The translations under genes and the position numbers were made by a program. A stretch of DNA of 64,000 nt from Octopus sinensis (taxonomy: Eukaryota), in NCBI RefSeq assembly GCF_006345805.1, contig NC_043000.1:38936001-39000000 (forward strand). Reading direction: 5' to 3'. Shown here in pieces: positions 12,900 through 26,193 of this stretch (its first letter is position 1; each line of letters opens with the position of its first letter). Below the pieces are notes generated by a model. That model was not told where the DNA came from. It worked only from the letters and a program-made list of their open reading frames with translations, and did no database searches.

Positions 12900-13112
12900 T
12901 TTCTTTCTAATTATGGCACTAGGCCAGCAATAGTTAGAGTAGAGACATTCCGATTACATCGACTCTTGTACTTTAGTGGTATTTTATTTTATGGACCTCG
13001 AAAAAAAGAAATTCAAAGTCTGCCTCTGTGGTATTTGAGCTCTAAATATAAAGTCCGAAGAAATGCCACAAAGAATTTTGCCCGAAAAGCTAACTAATCT
13101 GTCTGCTCGCTA
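12900..13112 (-). mobile_element. Old, diverged SINE family M copy with tail type B
   Basis: Remnants of GCGAGC.GACAGA.TAGTTAGC head, GAGCTCAAATACC B box, GTCGATGTAATCG and GGCCTAGTGCC tail. Confidence 0.55.
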
Positions 13113-14171
13113 CTTTCTTCAGTTATTGAATTAATATCAGTAAATTCTGAGAGCTGATTTCTCCTTCTTTTTTTAATTATGATTAAACATATATACATAA
13201 GCATAATGGCTGCAAATCGATTTTGAATCTTGACATCGATGGAATATTCTCTTAAATATGAGCACCGATCTGTGATTTTTAAGTCCTGTTAAGGACTCAC
13301 AATCTTTTGCGAAGATGTGGCAACGATGGCCACTTCTTGCCGCAGATATTCAGAGATCTTACCACCCACACTGACACATACCTACATACTACTATGGAAG
13401 GTAATTGACTCCGAGAATACAATGTATTATAATTGATCGAAAATATAAGCAATATAATTCGAAGATTCTCTGGTTTCCAAATGTAACAGGTGAAAGAAAC
13501 GGACATATTTAATATGGCGAACACAATAACTAAAGTATTCTATTCAGAAATCTCTCTGATATCGCTGCTTTACCTCTGAATTTAGATTCGAGCAATTTCG
13601 CTAATGAATGTGTTATATGCAGTACAACGCTAGTATTCTCTGTCTCCATTTGCAATTGCGACGTCTTTCTTTTGCTGCCATTAAATTCGCTAACGGTAAC
13701 TAAACGGTCAGTGGTGAGTGTCATGTCCAGAATATATCATTATACAATACAAATTGTTCTGCACGAAATTTGGCCTCTTCAACAGAAAGACCATTCGTTT
13801 ATCGCAATTAATCGGTATGCACGGTAATAAAGACAATTTTAGCTGACATATTGATTTTGCATTGGATCGACAAAGAGCAGGAATTACAAGAAAGAAATAT
13901 ATTGACCCCAGTATATTATTGATTTCTGCGGGTCTTACACAATACACAGAATACAATGACCCCTTGTTTCAGACTAAATCAAACGGAAACTGTAAATGTG
14001 ATGGTATTTTTAGGGGCATCAACTTTATAAGTTGAATGACCTGGTTACTAAAAATGCTTGGTACCTGCATTCTAGAATCCACCTGCATCATATTCTCTAC
14101 TTGCATGGACACATACATACTAACATGAATATATACATACATACATAACATATATATATATATTATATATA

Positions 14172-14206
<35 letters not shown>

Positions 14207-14499
14207 GGTGAGAGAGTTGGTATGTGAAAGCACGTTGTAGGATGTATAAAAGACAAAAAGAGTGAAAAAACTACAGAAGGTTTGTGTTATGTGTTAAAGA
14301 ATATATTTAAATCGTTATGTTAGAAAAATGTTATAAAATTTTGCGTATCTTAAATTTCTTTACCTACATCGTGTCATGTCTTCGCTATGTTGTGAACTAT
14401 GGAGTTCCAGGCAGGGGAAGGTAATCAGGGATTTTTTCCTGTATAAGGGAAATATAATCAAAGATGTTGTGAATGACTAGGTTTGATTAATTTAACAGG

Positions 14500-15400
14500 A
14501 TTTGGTTTAGAAGGAATAAAATGTTACAAATAGTTAGCTTTTGCTTTATATTTTTTTCAATGAGGTGAGTTTCCTTATTTAAAATGTTATAAATGGTTCT
14601 TTTGGTTTATATTTATTCAATGAAGACGGTTTCCTTATTTCATCTAACATGTGTTGGTGTTCCAATGGCACATTGATAGAACTGAAAGATTATAAATTGT
14701 GGTAGCAGTTGCTTTGAGCATTTCTCAATATGTTTACTAAAGGGTATCATCCGGTATTCTGGGAAGGCAATCTGCTGTCGATGCAGAGCGCATCTGCATC
14801 TGAGCGATAATCCTGTGGACCCTATTTAGTTTTGGTAGCAGCCCGACCATCTTATGACATATATTATGTTTTCTGAAGCACAAGTAGATCTGATTTTGAA
14901 TTTTTGTCCCTCTTTGAAAAGGAATTCTGATCCTTCTAGAAGATTTGGGCATGTTGCGCATTTGGTCTACCACATTTTTTCACTTTTACATCCGTTATTT
15001 TAGACAACAATTTTGCCTTTGTGAGAATATTTTTTAGTGATTTCGGTTGTTTGTAGCTTTTAATGATTTTATGTATGTTTAAAATCTCCTTTAATTTGGT
15101 GTCCTTATGTAGCATTGGTAAATTGTGGGTGAAGGCGTCTTTGTTTCTGGGGTTGTATGTGGATATGTACGACAGTATTTTCGGGGAAAGTGTGTTGCTG
15201 TGTTGAACTTTTCTTAAGGTTTCCACGTCGATTTGTTTTGCACGTCTGATTCCATCCTCTATGAGTTGAACTGGGTAGTGTCTGTTAATTAGGGTGTTTT
15301 TGAGTTCTTGCAGTCTAGAATCTCTGGTATTTTGTTCTGACACTATTGTGCATATCCTTCTTGCAAGGTTGAAGGGTGTGTGTTTTTTTATGTGTCTTGG
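14500..15400 (-). mobile_element. Degenerate Penelope-like element 2 (RT thumb + GIY-YIG endonuclease)
   Basis: ORF 14936..15448: PRHIKKHTPFNLARRICTIVSE..RLQELKNTLINRHYP; after a frameshift: CATCPNL...CASENIIYVIRWSGCYQN*IGSTGLSLRCR..LHRQQI (IIY/YIG halves). Confidence 0.88.
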
Positions 15401-15404
15401 TGAG

Positions 15405-15794
15405 CTTATATCAGCACAAACAGCGCATGAGCTTGCAGATGGATCCAAGTTAGAATTTTCTTCGCTCTAAGAGCTACCAGAAGGAGGGTTGTTTAAGATA
15501 ATGAACGATATACTCATATTTCCAGAGGTGAATTATTCAAACTCCAAAGAATTCCTCTCAACATATGGCTATGATGCTCCCCCAAAACGTCTGCTCATAA
15601 TCAGAGATGCACATGTCGTCAGCCACTAAGGGACATGCTCAACTGGTTAAGGTCAAACAACTGACAAGCAAATCTGTGGTATTGAGCAGAATATTTGCTG
15701 TAGCCCACCTTTTATACCAACACAAAACAATGTACATGGTAACACTTCCACTGAGTTAAGATCAGAAGCCATGAGAGGCACTGCCTGGTACTGC
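15405..15794 (-). mobile_element. Unclassified ~550-bp TAA-associated element, partial
   Basis: Homologous to 46627-47173; abuts (TAA)n at 15797 and joins Penelope element 2 at about 15400. Confidence 0.8.
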
Positions 15795-15795
15795 A

Positions 15796-15910
<115 letters not shown>

Positions 15911-15927
15911 ATTATTATTATTATTAT

Positions 15928-15965
<38 letters not shown>

Positions 15966-16189
15966 ATCAGTAGTCTTATTTTCATCATATGCTTTCACGG
16001 CACTACCGAATCCATCTTCTGTGTCTTGAGGATGTGCTTTACGTTTCGTCTCTTCAGGATCGATAAAATAAATAACAGTTGCGTAATGGAGTTGATGTAA
16101 TCGACTACACTTCTTCCCCAAACTTCAGGCTTTGTGCCTCTAGCAGATAGTATTAATAATGTTGTTGTTGTTGCTGTTTTGATTTCAAG

Positions 16190-16810
16190 GGGGCGAATTG
16201 GCAGAGTCGTTTACACGCCGGATAAAATGTTCAGTGGTTTTTCGTCCGTTTTTACGTTCTGAATTCAAATTCTGTCGAGGTTCATTTTGCCTTTAAAATA
16301 TACGGGATCGATAAAGTAAGTACCAGTTGAGCACTGGGGTCGATGAAATCGATTTGCCCCTTCCCCTAAATTACTAGCCTTGTGCCAAAATTTGAAACCA
16401 TTATTATTCTTTTGAACTCTAGACACAAGGCCCGAAATTTGGGTAGTGGGGAGTGGACCAGTCGATTAGATCAACACCAGTATGCAACTAGTACTTAATT
16501 TATCGACCCCGAAAGGATGAAAGGCAAAGTTGACCTCAACAGAATTTGAACTCAGAACATAAAGACAGACGAAATACCTATTTCTTTACTACACACAAGG
16601 GGCTAAACATAGAGGGGTCAAACAAGGACAGACAAACGGATTAAGTCGATTATATCGACCCCAGTGCGTAACTGGTACTTAATTTATTGACCCCGAAAGG
16701 ATGAAAGGCAAAGTCGACCTCGGCGGAATTTGAACTCAGAACGTAACGGCAGACGAAATACCGCTAAGCATTTCGCCCGGCCTGCTAACGACTCTGCCAG
16801 CTCTCGGCGC
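16190..16810. mobile_element. Cluster of family M SINEs: one + copy (16190-16405) and two tandem - copies (16410-16810)
   Basis: Repeated GTTCAAATTC/GAATTTGAACTC B boxes, AAGTACCAG core, tails B and A. Confidence 0.85.
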
Positions 16811-16899
16811 CTTATTCATCCATTATTATTATCGTTGTTGTGCTGGCTGCTTTTCCTTCTCTTCTGTTGTGTCTGCTTCAGCAGCTAGCGAGGCTGAAA

Positions 16900-17160
16900 C
16901 GGCTATAAATATAACCTGGCCTTTTAGAATACATACACCTGTTATCTCATTCTTTGCATTTATCTCGTTTTCAATTATTAATATGTAATATTCCATTTTC
17001 TGTACAGTTCATTGATTTCTAAGTACTTTTAAGTCTGTCTTCGTTCTAAATCCTCTTATCTTATCTTTTGTTTTGTCTTATCTATCATTTTAATAGTGCT
17101 CTTAATCTATTTTCCAGTTTTCAAGGTTGCCTTGGCACATTTTTCTAATCCGAGACTCTC
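16900..17160 (-). mobile_element. Degenerate R4/Dong-clade LINE RT fragment
   Basis: Minus translation GLEKCAKATLKTGK...LERRQT*KYL...ENEINAKNEITG matches the post-YMDD region of 26611..27900. Confidence 0.65.
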
Positions 17161-17324
17161 ATAATTTCCCTGTTGCCCTGATCCCTGTTGCTTCTTAATT
17201 ATGAATTCAATTTTGGGGTCGTCCATGGCAGACGATGTCCCCCTATTGATTTTTCCATCCGACACCTGTTGCTTCTCTGTCTTTTTCTTCTACTTTCTAT
17301 TATTATTATTATTATTATTATTAT

Positions 17325-17370
<46 letters not shown>

Positions 17371-17562
17371 TGTTGTAGTAGCAGCAGCAGCAGTAGTAGT
17401 AGTAGGAGGAGGAGGAGCAGGAGGGGTGGAGGAGCAGGAGGGGTGGAGGAGCAGGAGGAGGAGCAAGAGGAGGAGCAGGAGGAGGAGCAGGAGGAGGAGC
17501 AAGAGGAGGAGCAGGAGGAGGAGCAGGAGGAGGAGGAGGAAAGGGAAAGAGCAGCAGCAGTT

Positions 17563-17596
<34 letters not shown>

Positions 17597-17691
17597 CTGC
17601 AGCAGTAGTAGCAGCATCAGCAACAGCAGCAACAGTAGCAACAGCAGCAGCAGCAGTAGTTGTAGTAGTAGTAGTAGTAGTAGTAGTAGCA

Positions 17692-18500
17692 ATTTTGGTT
17701 TGACTGAAGTCCCCTTTTATTCCTGGTAGGGATTTGGTGGATAGCGGGTTACTACTTGTGATCTTCAGCAGTCTTTCAAGTGCTTAGAACCCTCCTGATA
17801 ATCCTTGCTATCCCTAAGAGACAAATACTTTGTAAGAGCTGTACCGGGCATTCTGTCCCAATTTCCTTCAGCCATTTATCTATATCTTGGTCTACTGTTC
17901 CCAGCGCAGTAATTATTATAGGCACGACCTTTATTGTTCGCATGCTCCAAATTCTTATTACTTCAAATTTTAAAGGGTTGTGTTTTCTTTGCTTTTCTTC
18001 CTCTTCCTTTTCGATCCGGAAATCAAATGGGTATGATGGGTCGATAAGCAACTTCGCTTTTCTTTATATATGATTGTAATATCTGATTTATTGCTTTCTA
18101 TTTTTTGGTCCGTTTGAAATGGAAAGTCCCACAAAATCGTACATTTCTCCTACACTTGTCCTCTTTCGACTCCATGATAGTACCATATGTCTCAGGCTTC
18201 AAATCTCCATCTCCGGCAAAGTTTCCAGTGTAAAACATTTACAACTTGGTCATGCTTCCATTTCTTGTATTCTTCTTGTGCCAACTTGCGGAATTCTGCC
18301 ACAATGTTTGTAACTGTCTCGTTCCAAGTTCCGCAGGGTCCACATTTTTTCTGACACGTTCCCTTCATATGAATTTTTTTTTTAAGTTGTTTCTTTTTAT
18401 TGCTTGTTCTTGGGCTGCTACAATTAGGGTCTGTTTCTTTTTTCAAGCCAAGAATTTTGCTCCCCATACGACTTCAGTGGGTCTCCAAAATTGGCCATGC
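17692..18500 (-). mobile_element. R4/Dong-clade LINE 3' fragment (zinc knuckle region + RLE + 3' UTR)
   Basis: LIVAAQEQA, C..CGTWNETVTNIV...HDQV..VLHWKLC, LIDPSYPFD..IEKE, VVPIIITALG, CLLGIARIIRRVL; flanked by (TAG)n and (TAA)n-type tracts. Confidence 0.85.
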
Positions 18501-18622
18501 AAAGTATTGTTATTTTACTGTTGTTATTTTTATTAATATTATTATCATCATTATTATTGTTATTATTATTATCATTATTATTATTGTTGTTGTTGTTGTT
18601 ATTATTATTATTATTATTGTTA

Positions 18623-18683
<61 letters not shown>

Positions 18684-18794
18684 TGGTTTTATTTTTATAA
18701 CGTGCTTTCACTTCACTACTGGGCGCAACTCTGTGTGCCTTGGGTATTATTATTATCATTATCATTATTATTATTTTTATTATTATTATTATTA

Positions 18795-18832
<38 letters not shown>

Positions 18833-18833
<1 letters not shown>

Positions 18834-20915
18834 GTTTTTTCCTTCTTTCATCAAATTTTCTTCCGTTTCTCGCCGAGTGTTTCTATACACCTAGGGCAGA
18901 GAAGCTCATTGTATGCATTCCCAGATTACACGCGCAAATTCACAGATAAAATATGTATTTAAAAATTAATAAATAAATAAATTCATGGATGGATGTTGTT
19001 TTCACAGCGATAATGCTCTTCTCAGTACATGAGCCGTTCCATTTAATACGACTTTTTGCACTTCCTATAGGGATGGTAAGCCTGGAATCATTTTCAAATA
19101 GGTATCAGTACCTTTTTTATCATTCCTAGAGATCCTACAATCACTGGTACTGTAGTCGCCTTGAGATGCCACATTTTTTCAATTTTTATTAACAGGTCTT
19201 TATATTTACTAATCTTGTCAAATTCTGTCGCCGCTATATTGTGATCGCAAGGGATACTCATGTCAATTAATAAACACATCTTTTTTGTCTGATCTTTTAT
19301 AATAAAATCCGGTTTATTAGCTTTTATAGACTTGTCGGTCTGTACGGGGAAGTCCCATAGAATCGACACATTTTCTCCCTCAGTCACAGCTTCAGGATGG
19401 TGTTTACACCATTTATCAGCGGTTTTGATTTTATAATACCGACATATTGTCCAATGTAAATACTGGCCGACTCTGTCATGTCTTGCTTTATATTCTGCAG
19501 GTGCTAAGACTCTACACCCTGAGATTAGGTGGTCTATTGTTTCAATCTCATCCTTACAGAATCGGCATTTTGGGTCAGCTCCATTTTTTATTACATTAGC
19601 TTGGTAGTTATGGGTTAATAAGCTTTGGGCTTGAGCAGCTAATATGAAACCTTCACTCTCTGCTTTTAGCCCTGAGCTTCGTAACCATTAGTGCGTGTAT
19701 TTCTGGTCGACATCAGCTTGTTTGCTATGGGTCACATACTTGCCATGGAGAGGTTTCTGTTCCCATCTGTTAGCTAAATGTTCATGCGCTTTTGTCTTTG
19801 CAATTAATTTCATTTTCTTTGCAGCTGCAGTTGGCGCATTTCCTTCAGCCTGATCAATCTGGTGGGTATCTAAGAGATCAGCAGCGAATTTTTTGCTCTC
19901 TTTGAGAATAGAGTGAAGTCTTTTCAGTCTTTCATGTTTTTCAACAAGATTTAGCATGCAATCGTTGGTTTCTTCAAGGTATTTGGCCAGTCCGATTGTG
20001 GTGGTTCTGTATGTAAGTTCAAGCTGGATCAAACCTCGACCCCCCTGAGCTCTGGGAAGGTAAAGGCGATCCACGTCTGCTTTGGATTGTGCATCTTATT
20101 ACAAGTCAGTAGCTTGTGGATTTTTCTGTCAATTTTCATTATTTCACTGGTATTCCAGTTAAGCACATTGAAGCTATAAAGAACAACTGGTACTGCTAAG
20201 GAATTTATGGCTAACACCTTATTAAATGCATTCAGCTCAGACTTCAGGACTGCTCGAACTCTTCTATAACATTCCTTCCTAACCTTCTCTTTCATGCTTG
20301 CATGCTGGATACCAGAGCCTTCATTTATTCTTAGGTATTTATAGGTTTGTTCCTGCTCAAGTTGCTTTATTACTGTTTCGACATCTAATTCGATTGAACT
20401 AGACTTTAACCAATTTCCCGTTGTTAAAAGTGGCTTTGGCACACTTTTCAAGGCCAAACTCCATCCCGATATCATCACTGAATCCTTTCACGGTATGTAA
20501 TAATCCTTCAAGCTCTTCATCATTTTTGCCATATAGCTTTAAATCATCCATATAAAATAGATGGCTTATTTTCCTGTTGTCAATTTTGTAGCCATATCCT
20601 GTTCTATTCAGTTCACTTGAGAGTGGTATTAGTGCTATGCAGAAAATTAGTGGTGAAAGTGAGTCACCTTGGAAAATTCCACAGTTTATGCTAATGTTGT
20701 TTGAGCGCAATACTCCATTAGAATGATATAATTGGAGCTTCGTGTTCCATAGTGACATATTATACTTTAAAAAATCTGAAATCACAGAAGAAATTTTGAA
20801 AATGTCCAGCGATTTCAGAATCCACGAATGCGGTATGCTGTCAAAGGCTTTTTTATAATCAATCCATGAAGAGCTGAGATTTCTGCGCTTGTTATGGCAG
20901 TTCTCAAGGATCATG
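18833..20915 (-). mobile_element. R4/Dong-clade LINE, 5'-truncated (RT, CCHC, RLE, 3' UTR)
   Basis: WIDYKKAFDSIPH, GIFQGDSLSPL, LFYMDDLKLY, FGLEKCAK, RLYLPRAQGGRGL, CRFCKDEIETIDHLISGC (about 19520-19580), NKPD...LIDMSIP..KISKYKDL; TAA tracts at both ends. Confidence 0.93.
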
Positions 20916-20968
20916 CGATTAATTAGGAGCTGATTTTTGCATCCGTATGAGCCTCGTCTGCATCTATA

Positions 20969-21016
<48 letters not shown>

Positions 21017-21059
21017 GTTGTTGTTGTTGTTGTTGTTGTTATTGTTATTATTATTATTA

Positions 21060-21103
<44 letters not shown>

Positions 21104-21115
21104 TTCTTGTTGTTG

Positions 21116-21179
<64 letters not shown>

Positions 21180-21189
21180 CATCATTATT

Positions 21190-21640
21190 ATTCAGTAGTC
21201 TTATTTTCATCAGGTGCTTTCACTGCACTACCGAGTCCAGCTCTGTGTGTCTTGAGTATGTGCTTTAATAAAAACGTTCGCGGTGCCTAGCAGTGCTATT
21301 TTCTGTATGTTATATACATTTGTAAGCCCTGGTGTTTTGGTTACGTATTTGTCTGAATGTTTTTTTTTCATGCATAATGCTCCTTTCTATTATAGGAATT
21401 GTTTCTGTTTTTTGTCTTCAAATTCGAGTTGCCTCTATTTCCAGAGTTTGATAGCTTCTCCGCTTCCGTTAGATATACATTTTCATCTGTTGGTATTAAT
21501 ACATAGATCAGAAGGCATTTTTTCCCTCACTGATCGCTGACAACTATATCTGGTCTATTAGCCTTGATTCCTCTATAGTGTGTATTGGCATATCTCAGAG
21601 TATGGTTGCTTTGTCATTATTTGTGATCTTTTCTTAAAAC
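21190..21640 (-). mobile_element. R4/Dong-clade LINE 3' fragment
   Basis: Minus translation KKCLLI.VLIPTDENV...TETIPII.GAL...IQKIALLGTA; tail CTCAAGACAC..AGCTGGACTCGGTAGTGCAGTGAAAGCACC...ACTACTGA-(ATA)n, also seen at 15965-16035 and 18681-18745. Confidence 0.8.
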
Positions 21641-22099
21641 AGAAGACATTATAAAATGTGAAGATGATCTGTCTGTTATTTCACATAAGGTGAGCAAACG
21701 TGGCTCCTTCATCGGATCGTATATAGGTAGATTGTTTTAACTTTCACACACACAGACACACAAGGAAATATCGTAGACGCAGCGAAGGCAGTTGACTAGA
21801 TTTATAACACACTATAATACATTCGGTTCTTCCAGCTCACCAGCTGAAACTAAATGCAATTGCAACTAGTAATTGAATCTTCACACACCTTCATATTCGA
21901 TTAGATTTTTCCGTCTAAAAAATGGATCGACAGATATCGTTTCCCTATCTTTTAATAGAAACATTACCACCAAAATTCTGCCTCATGCTGATAACTAATT
22001 TATAGAAAACATACCAGAACGTTCAATAGATTAGTTTAGCAGAACCTATATTAAGAATTGGATTTTTCACTTACGTCCGATCATTCAAATATAACGTGC

Positions 22100-22473
<374 letters not shown>

Positions 22474-22880
22474 CATACACCCACGCCTGCACCTAAGTAA
22501 CAAATTTATATAAATTTTCTTTTAATTTATTCTGCTCGTTACACTATACTTTCCATTATTCAAACACGACCAGAAAACGTCGTCTATTCTCTGTGGAAAG
22601 AAATTTCTCTCTATAAATTAGAAAACAATTCGCCAATGTTCGATAAATATTGGTTTTGCACTTAAACACTTTGTCTTTAACCGATTCCATTTTCATATAA
22701 TAAAGAATTACGTGTTTTGTCTTTTTTCCTTCCACAGACGTCTTATCACAACGGAAGCAAACAAACGTACCTCTATATGACAGACCAAGAAGAGAGTTGC
22801 TATGAAAGCCAGCAACATACAAGAAACAATTTGCCAGATTACCTCTATGGCGTTCATTGTCGTTCAAGAATGCATTAAAT

Positions 22881-23060
22881 CAGTTGTTCTCAAACCTTTG
22901 AATATTTGGACGAGATTCAAAACCTGGATTTTTTTTAGGAGGCCGCAACAAAAAAGTAAAACAAGTGAATTAAAGAAAAAAATCATTTTTTTATGGGGAG
23001 AATACCGTCGAGGGCCGCTGGATGGATGCTTGAGGGCCGCATGAAGACCTGAGAGCAGTG
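22881..23060. mobile_element. hAT/Charlie-like MITE
   Basis: Ends CAGTTGTTCTCA...TGAGAGCAGTG (imperfect TIR) with subterminal GAGGGCCGC repeats; TSD not clear. Confidence 0.55.
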
Positions 23061-23437
23061 GTCGTAAATCGCTGCGTTATATATTTTAACACTAATTGTT
23101 TTCACAAGGCAGGGTGGTCACAACTTGAATGCAAGTTAAATCAGGGTTGATCAGCGGATAAATAGGAATACAATCGAGTGTGGGAACTTCTATATGGTCG
23201 CATGACTTTCTATAAATAGCAGTTAATTTTACCCCCGAATCACAAACAATATTCAGGAATTATAAGAAGGACAAAATCAGATAATGTAGAATGCCTTACG
23301 TGAAAATTGCCTTAAAAACAAAGACGAGATTGTCACGACTGGGACGCTTTTGAAATAGGTCTGCTCGGTCAGGTCTAGACATGGGTGAAACAGCAAGTAT
23401 AACAATAACAAAAGACTACAATATCTACATATCTAAG

Positions 23438-23518
23438 GGCATATAGCGTAGTGGTTAAGACCGCGGGCTACTAACCCGAAGATTCCGAGTTCGATTCCAA
23501 GCAGTAACCTGAAAAATA

Positions 23519-23581
<63 letters not shown>

Positions 23582-23596
23582 CAACAACTATAATAA

Positions 23597-23627
<31 letters not shown>

Positions 23628-23645
23628 AATAATATAATAATAATA

Positions 23646-23683
<38 letters not shown>

Positions 23684-23915
23684 GAAATAAAAATAATAAT
23701 AATAATCATAATAATAATCATAGTAACAATAAACAACAACAATAACATCGAAAAATACCTTAGGAATGAGAACCCAGGTTCGAAATTCTCCCAAGACACC
23801 CGAAGAAGGTTGCAGGATATATCAGCTGAAACATTTTGTTAACAACAAACAAGATGAGGACAAATATTCGTCAAATGTAATTAATGGAAATAATTCCTCA
23901 TCTCTTAAATATAGA
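23438..23915 (+). mobile_element. tRNA-headed SINE-like element with internal (TAA)n and a degenerate hammerhead ribozyme (family H, copy A)
   Basis: A box TAGCGTAGTGG (23444-23454), B box GTTCGATTC (23489-23497), microsatellite 23514-23745, hammerhead-like fold 23795-23840; homologous to 25795-26128. Confidence 0.8.
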
Positions 23916-24156
23916 ACTGTACTACAATATCTAATAATAATATCTAATAATTATGTAGATTAATGAAAGCCGCTTATTGTGATGACTTAGTGATGATACC
24001 CTTTCGATAACAATAAACATATGATAACATTAAGCAGATTATATAAACGTGTTTTAAAAATTTTTCACTTGTTTCAGTCACTGGACTCCGGCCATACTAG
24101 GGCAACGTCTTGAAGCGTTTTGTCAATCAAATACAGCCCAGTACTTCTTTTTTAAT

Positions 24157-25375
24157 CTGGTAACAAAATCAGAGTTGTTGATTGACTTTTCTGGGTTAAT
24201 GTTTGATGCTGATTACGAATCTGGAGTCCGATTTCCTCTATCAGGTCACATTTTTATGCTAATGATACCTGCTGTTTTCACTTATAGGATACGCAAAGCA
24301 TGTCAATATAAAGTATATTGAATACAAGATATGTTAATTTCATGGATTTCTATTGTACAAAATTAAAATTATTGTGTACAAATAAGTTAGAATACACTTA
24401 AATGCATAACAACTTAAACTCTTTGGGATTTGGACTTTCTATGGCGCTTTGTCTCAGGTTCATCCCTGTATAACATCCAACAGTAGTCAGCTAACATTCC
24501 TGCATTCCAAAATCCTTGATATCGTTGTTCTCTCGATGCAATATCTTGATGAAAGCGTTCCCCTTGCTCATCAGACACTGCTCCAAGGTTCTCTGCAAAA
24601 AAGTCCAGATATGAATCAAAGAAATGGACTTTTAGTGACATCCAACAGCCCATTGCAGCGTAGGAGTCTAGAAGACATTTCAGTCCATTTCTAAACTCTA
24701 GAGATCTCTTGTTGCCTAGGAAATTTTCACAGAGCCATTTGAAGGATTCCCAGGCTTTAAGCTCAATCTCATCCAGTGCTGTAAGGATGTGGTTGTCCTT
24801 CAGGAGTTCTTTTATCTGCGGACCTATGAATGCACCCTCCTTCAGTTTTGCCTCGGTGATTTTTGGAAATTTGGTCTTCACATATTCAAAACCTTCTGAG
24901 CTTTTCTTGGCAAGTGTCTTCCCGAATTGTTTCATGAGGCCAAGCTTTATGTGAAGAGGGGTAAGAAGAACATTTTCTGGGTTTAAAAGTGGCTTAATCT
25001 GGACTCTAGAAACCCCCGGCTTGTATGATTTTCGCAAAGGCCACTCTGATTGCACATAGTGCTTGTTAGTTGCATGACTGTCCCATAGGCATAAAAAGCA
25101 ACAATATTTGGTGAACCCAGATTGCATTCCCATCAACATTCCAATCACCTTCAAGTCTCCACATATTTTCCTGCTGTAGTTTGTATACTTTATGGCATTG
25201 AGAAGTACTTGCATATTTTCATAACACTCCTTCATGTGCACTGAATGTCCTACGGGAATGGATGGTTTCTTATTGCCGTTGTGTAGTAGTACTGCCTTGA
25301 GGCTTGTCTTAGATGAATCAATGAATAAGCGCCATTCAGCTGGAACAGTAAATATTTCTTTTAGTATTTCATAGC
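24157..25375 (-). mobile_element. DDE DNA transposon relic, CMC/Chapaev3-like transposase C-terminal half plus right end
   Basis: WRLFIDSSKTSLKAVLLHNGN (upstream of the ORF call), CGDLKV, TKYCCFLCLWDS, PLHIKLGLMKQF, GAVSDEQGERFHQDI..EQRYQG..MLADYCW; terminal CTGGTAACAAAA at 24157; subfamily label from memory. Confidence 0.8.
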
Positions 25376-25794
25376 AGCCTTAATCTTCCTCTTTTAAACA
25401 AATTCAAAATCTTCCCTCCCTGTAGTTGTGTAGTATGCTAAAAATAGCAGGTATCATATGAGTATTTTATGACCTATACCATAACAGCCATACCAATTTA
25501 CCTTACCTTACATACTTTTTTGTTTTCATTTTTTTCTGTAATGCCAGTATCTCTGGGAAATTTCATTTTATCAAATATTCATTTAACAAATTCCAGAAGG
25601 ACGGTTTTCTGCTTTCCACTTAAAAATATTTACATATTTGATGTCTAATTTCTCTTTGTATCCTTTATTTCACTTATAGTACTCACTCGTTCAATAAAAA
25701 AATTTACAACAAATAACAGTCACTCACAGATAGTGATAGAATTTATAATGAAATCATTCATCTCAGCCTCTATCAAGACCTCAGTTTATATAAA

Positions 25795-26026
25795 TTACTT
25801 ACATTATTTACATTACTTACATTAAACGGATATTTGTCCTCATCTTGTTTGTTGTTAACACAACGTTTCGATTGATATACCCTCCAGCCTTCATCAGGTG
25901 TTTTGGGGAAATTTCAAACCCGAGTTCTAATTACTGGGGTATTTTTCGTTGCTGTTGTTGTTGTTTTTCTTCCTCTTCTTCTTCTTCTTCTTCTTCTTCT
26001 TCATATTATTATTATTATATTATTAT

Positions 26027-26074
<48 letters not shown>

Positions 26075-26128
26075 CATCCAGGTCACTGCCTGGAAGCGAA
26101 CTCGGAATATTGGGGCAAGTAGCCCGCG
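25795..26128 (-). mobile_element. Family H element, copy B, with intact hammerhead core
   Basis: Minus strand: truncated tRNA-like head, microsatellite, AACAC-CTGATGA-A-GGCTG-loop-CAATC-GAAAC-GTT-GTGTT, tail ACAAACAAGATGAGGACAAATATCCG. Confidence 0.85.
25857..25902 (-). ncRNA. Minimal type I hammerhead ribozyme (predicted)
   Basis: CUGAUGA (25897-25891), GAAA, GUU cleavage triplet, 5-bp stem I, stem II with one mismatch, self-complementary AACGUU stem III. Confidence 0.75.
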
Positions 26129-26193
26129 TAGTAGTTAAGTGCGCGGGATACTAACCTCAAGATTCCGAGTTCACTTCCAGGCAGTGACCTGGA

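Noticed and set aside
13250-13960. Higher-complexity stretch that might be a host exon or pseudogene
   Set aside because: Manual translation gave frequent stops and no recognisable motif; a tblastx search would be needed.
23438-23510. Genuine tRNA gene
   Set aside because: A and B boxes are present but I could not build a convincing acceptor stem, and it is fused to a repeat body; treated as a SINE head. The same applies to the heads of families K, C and M.
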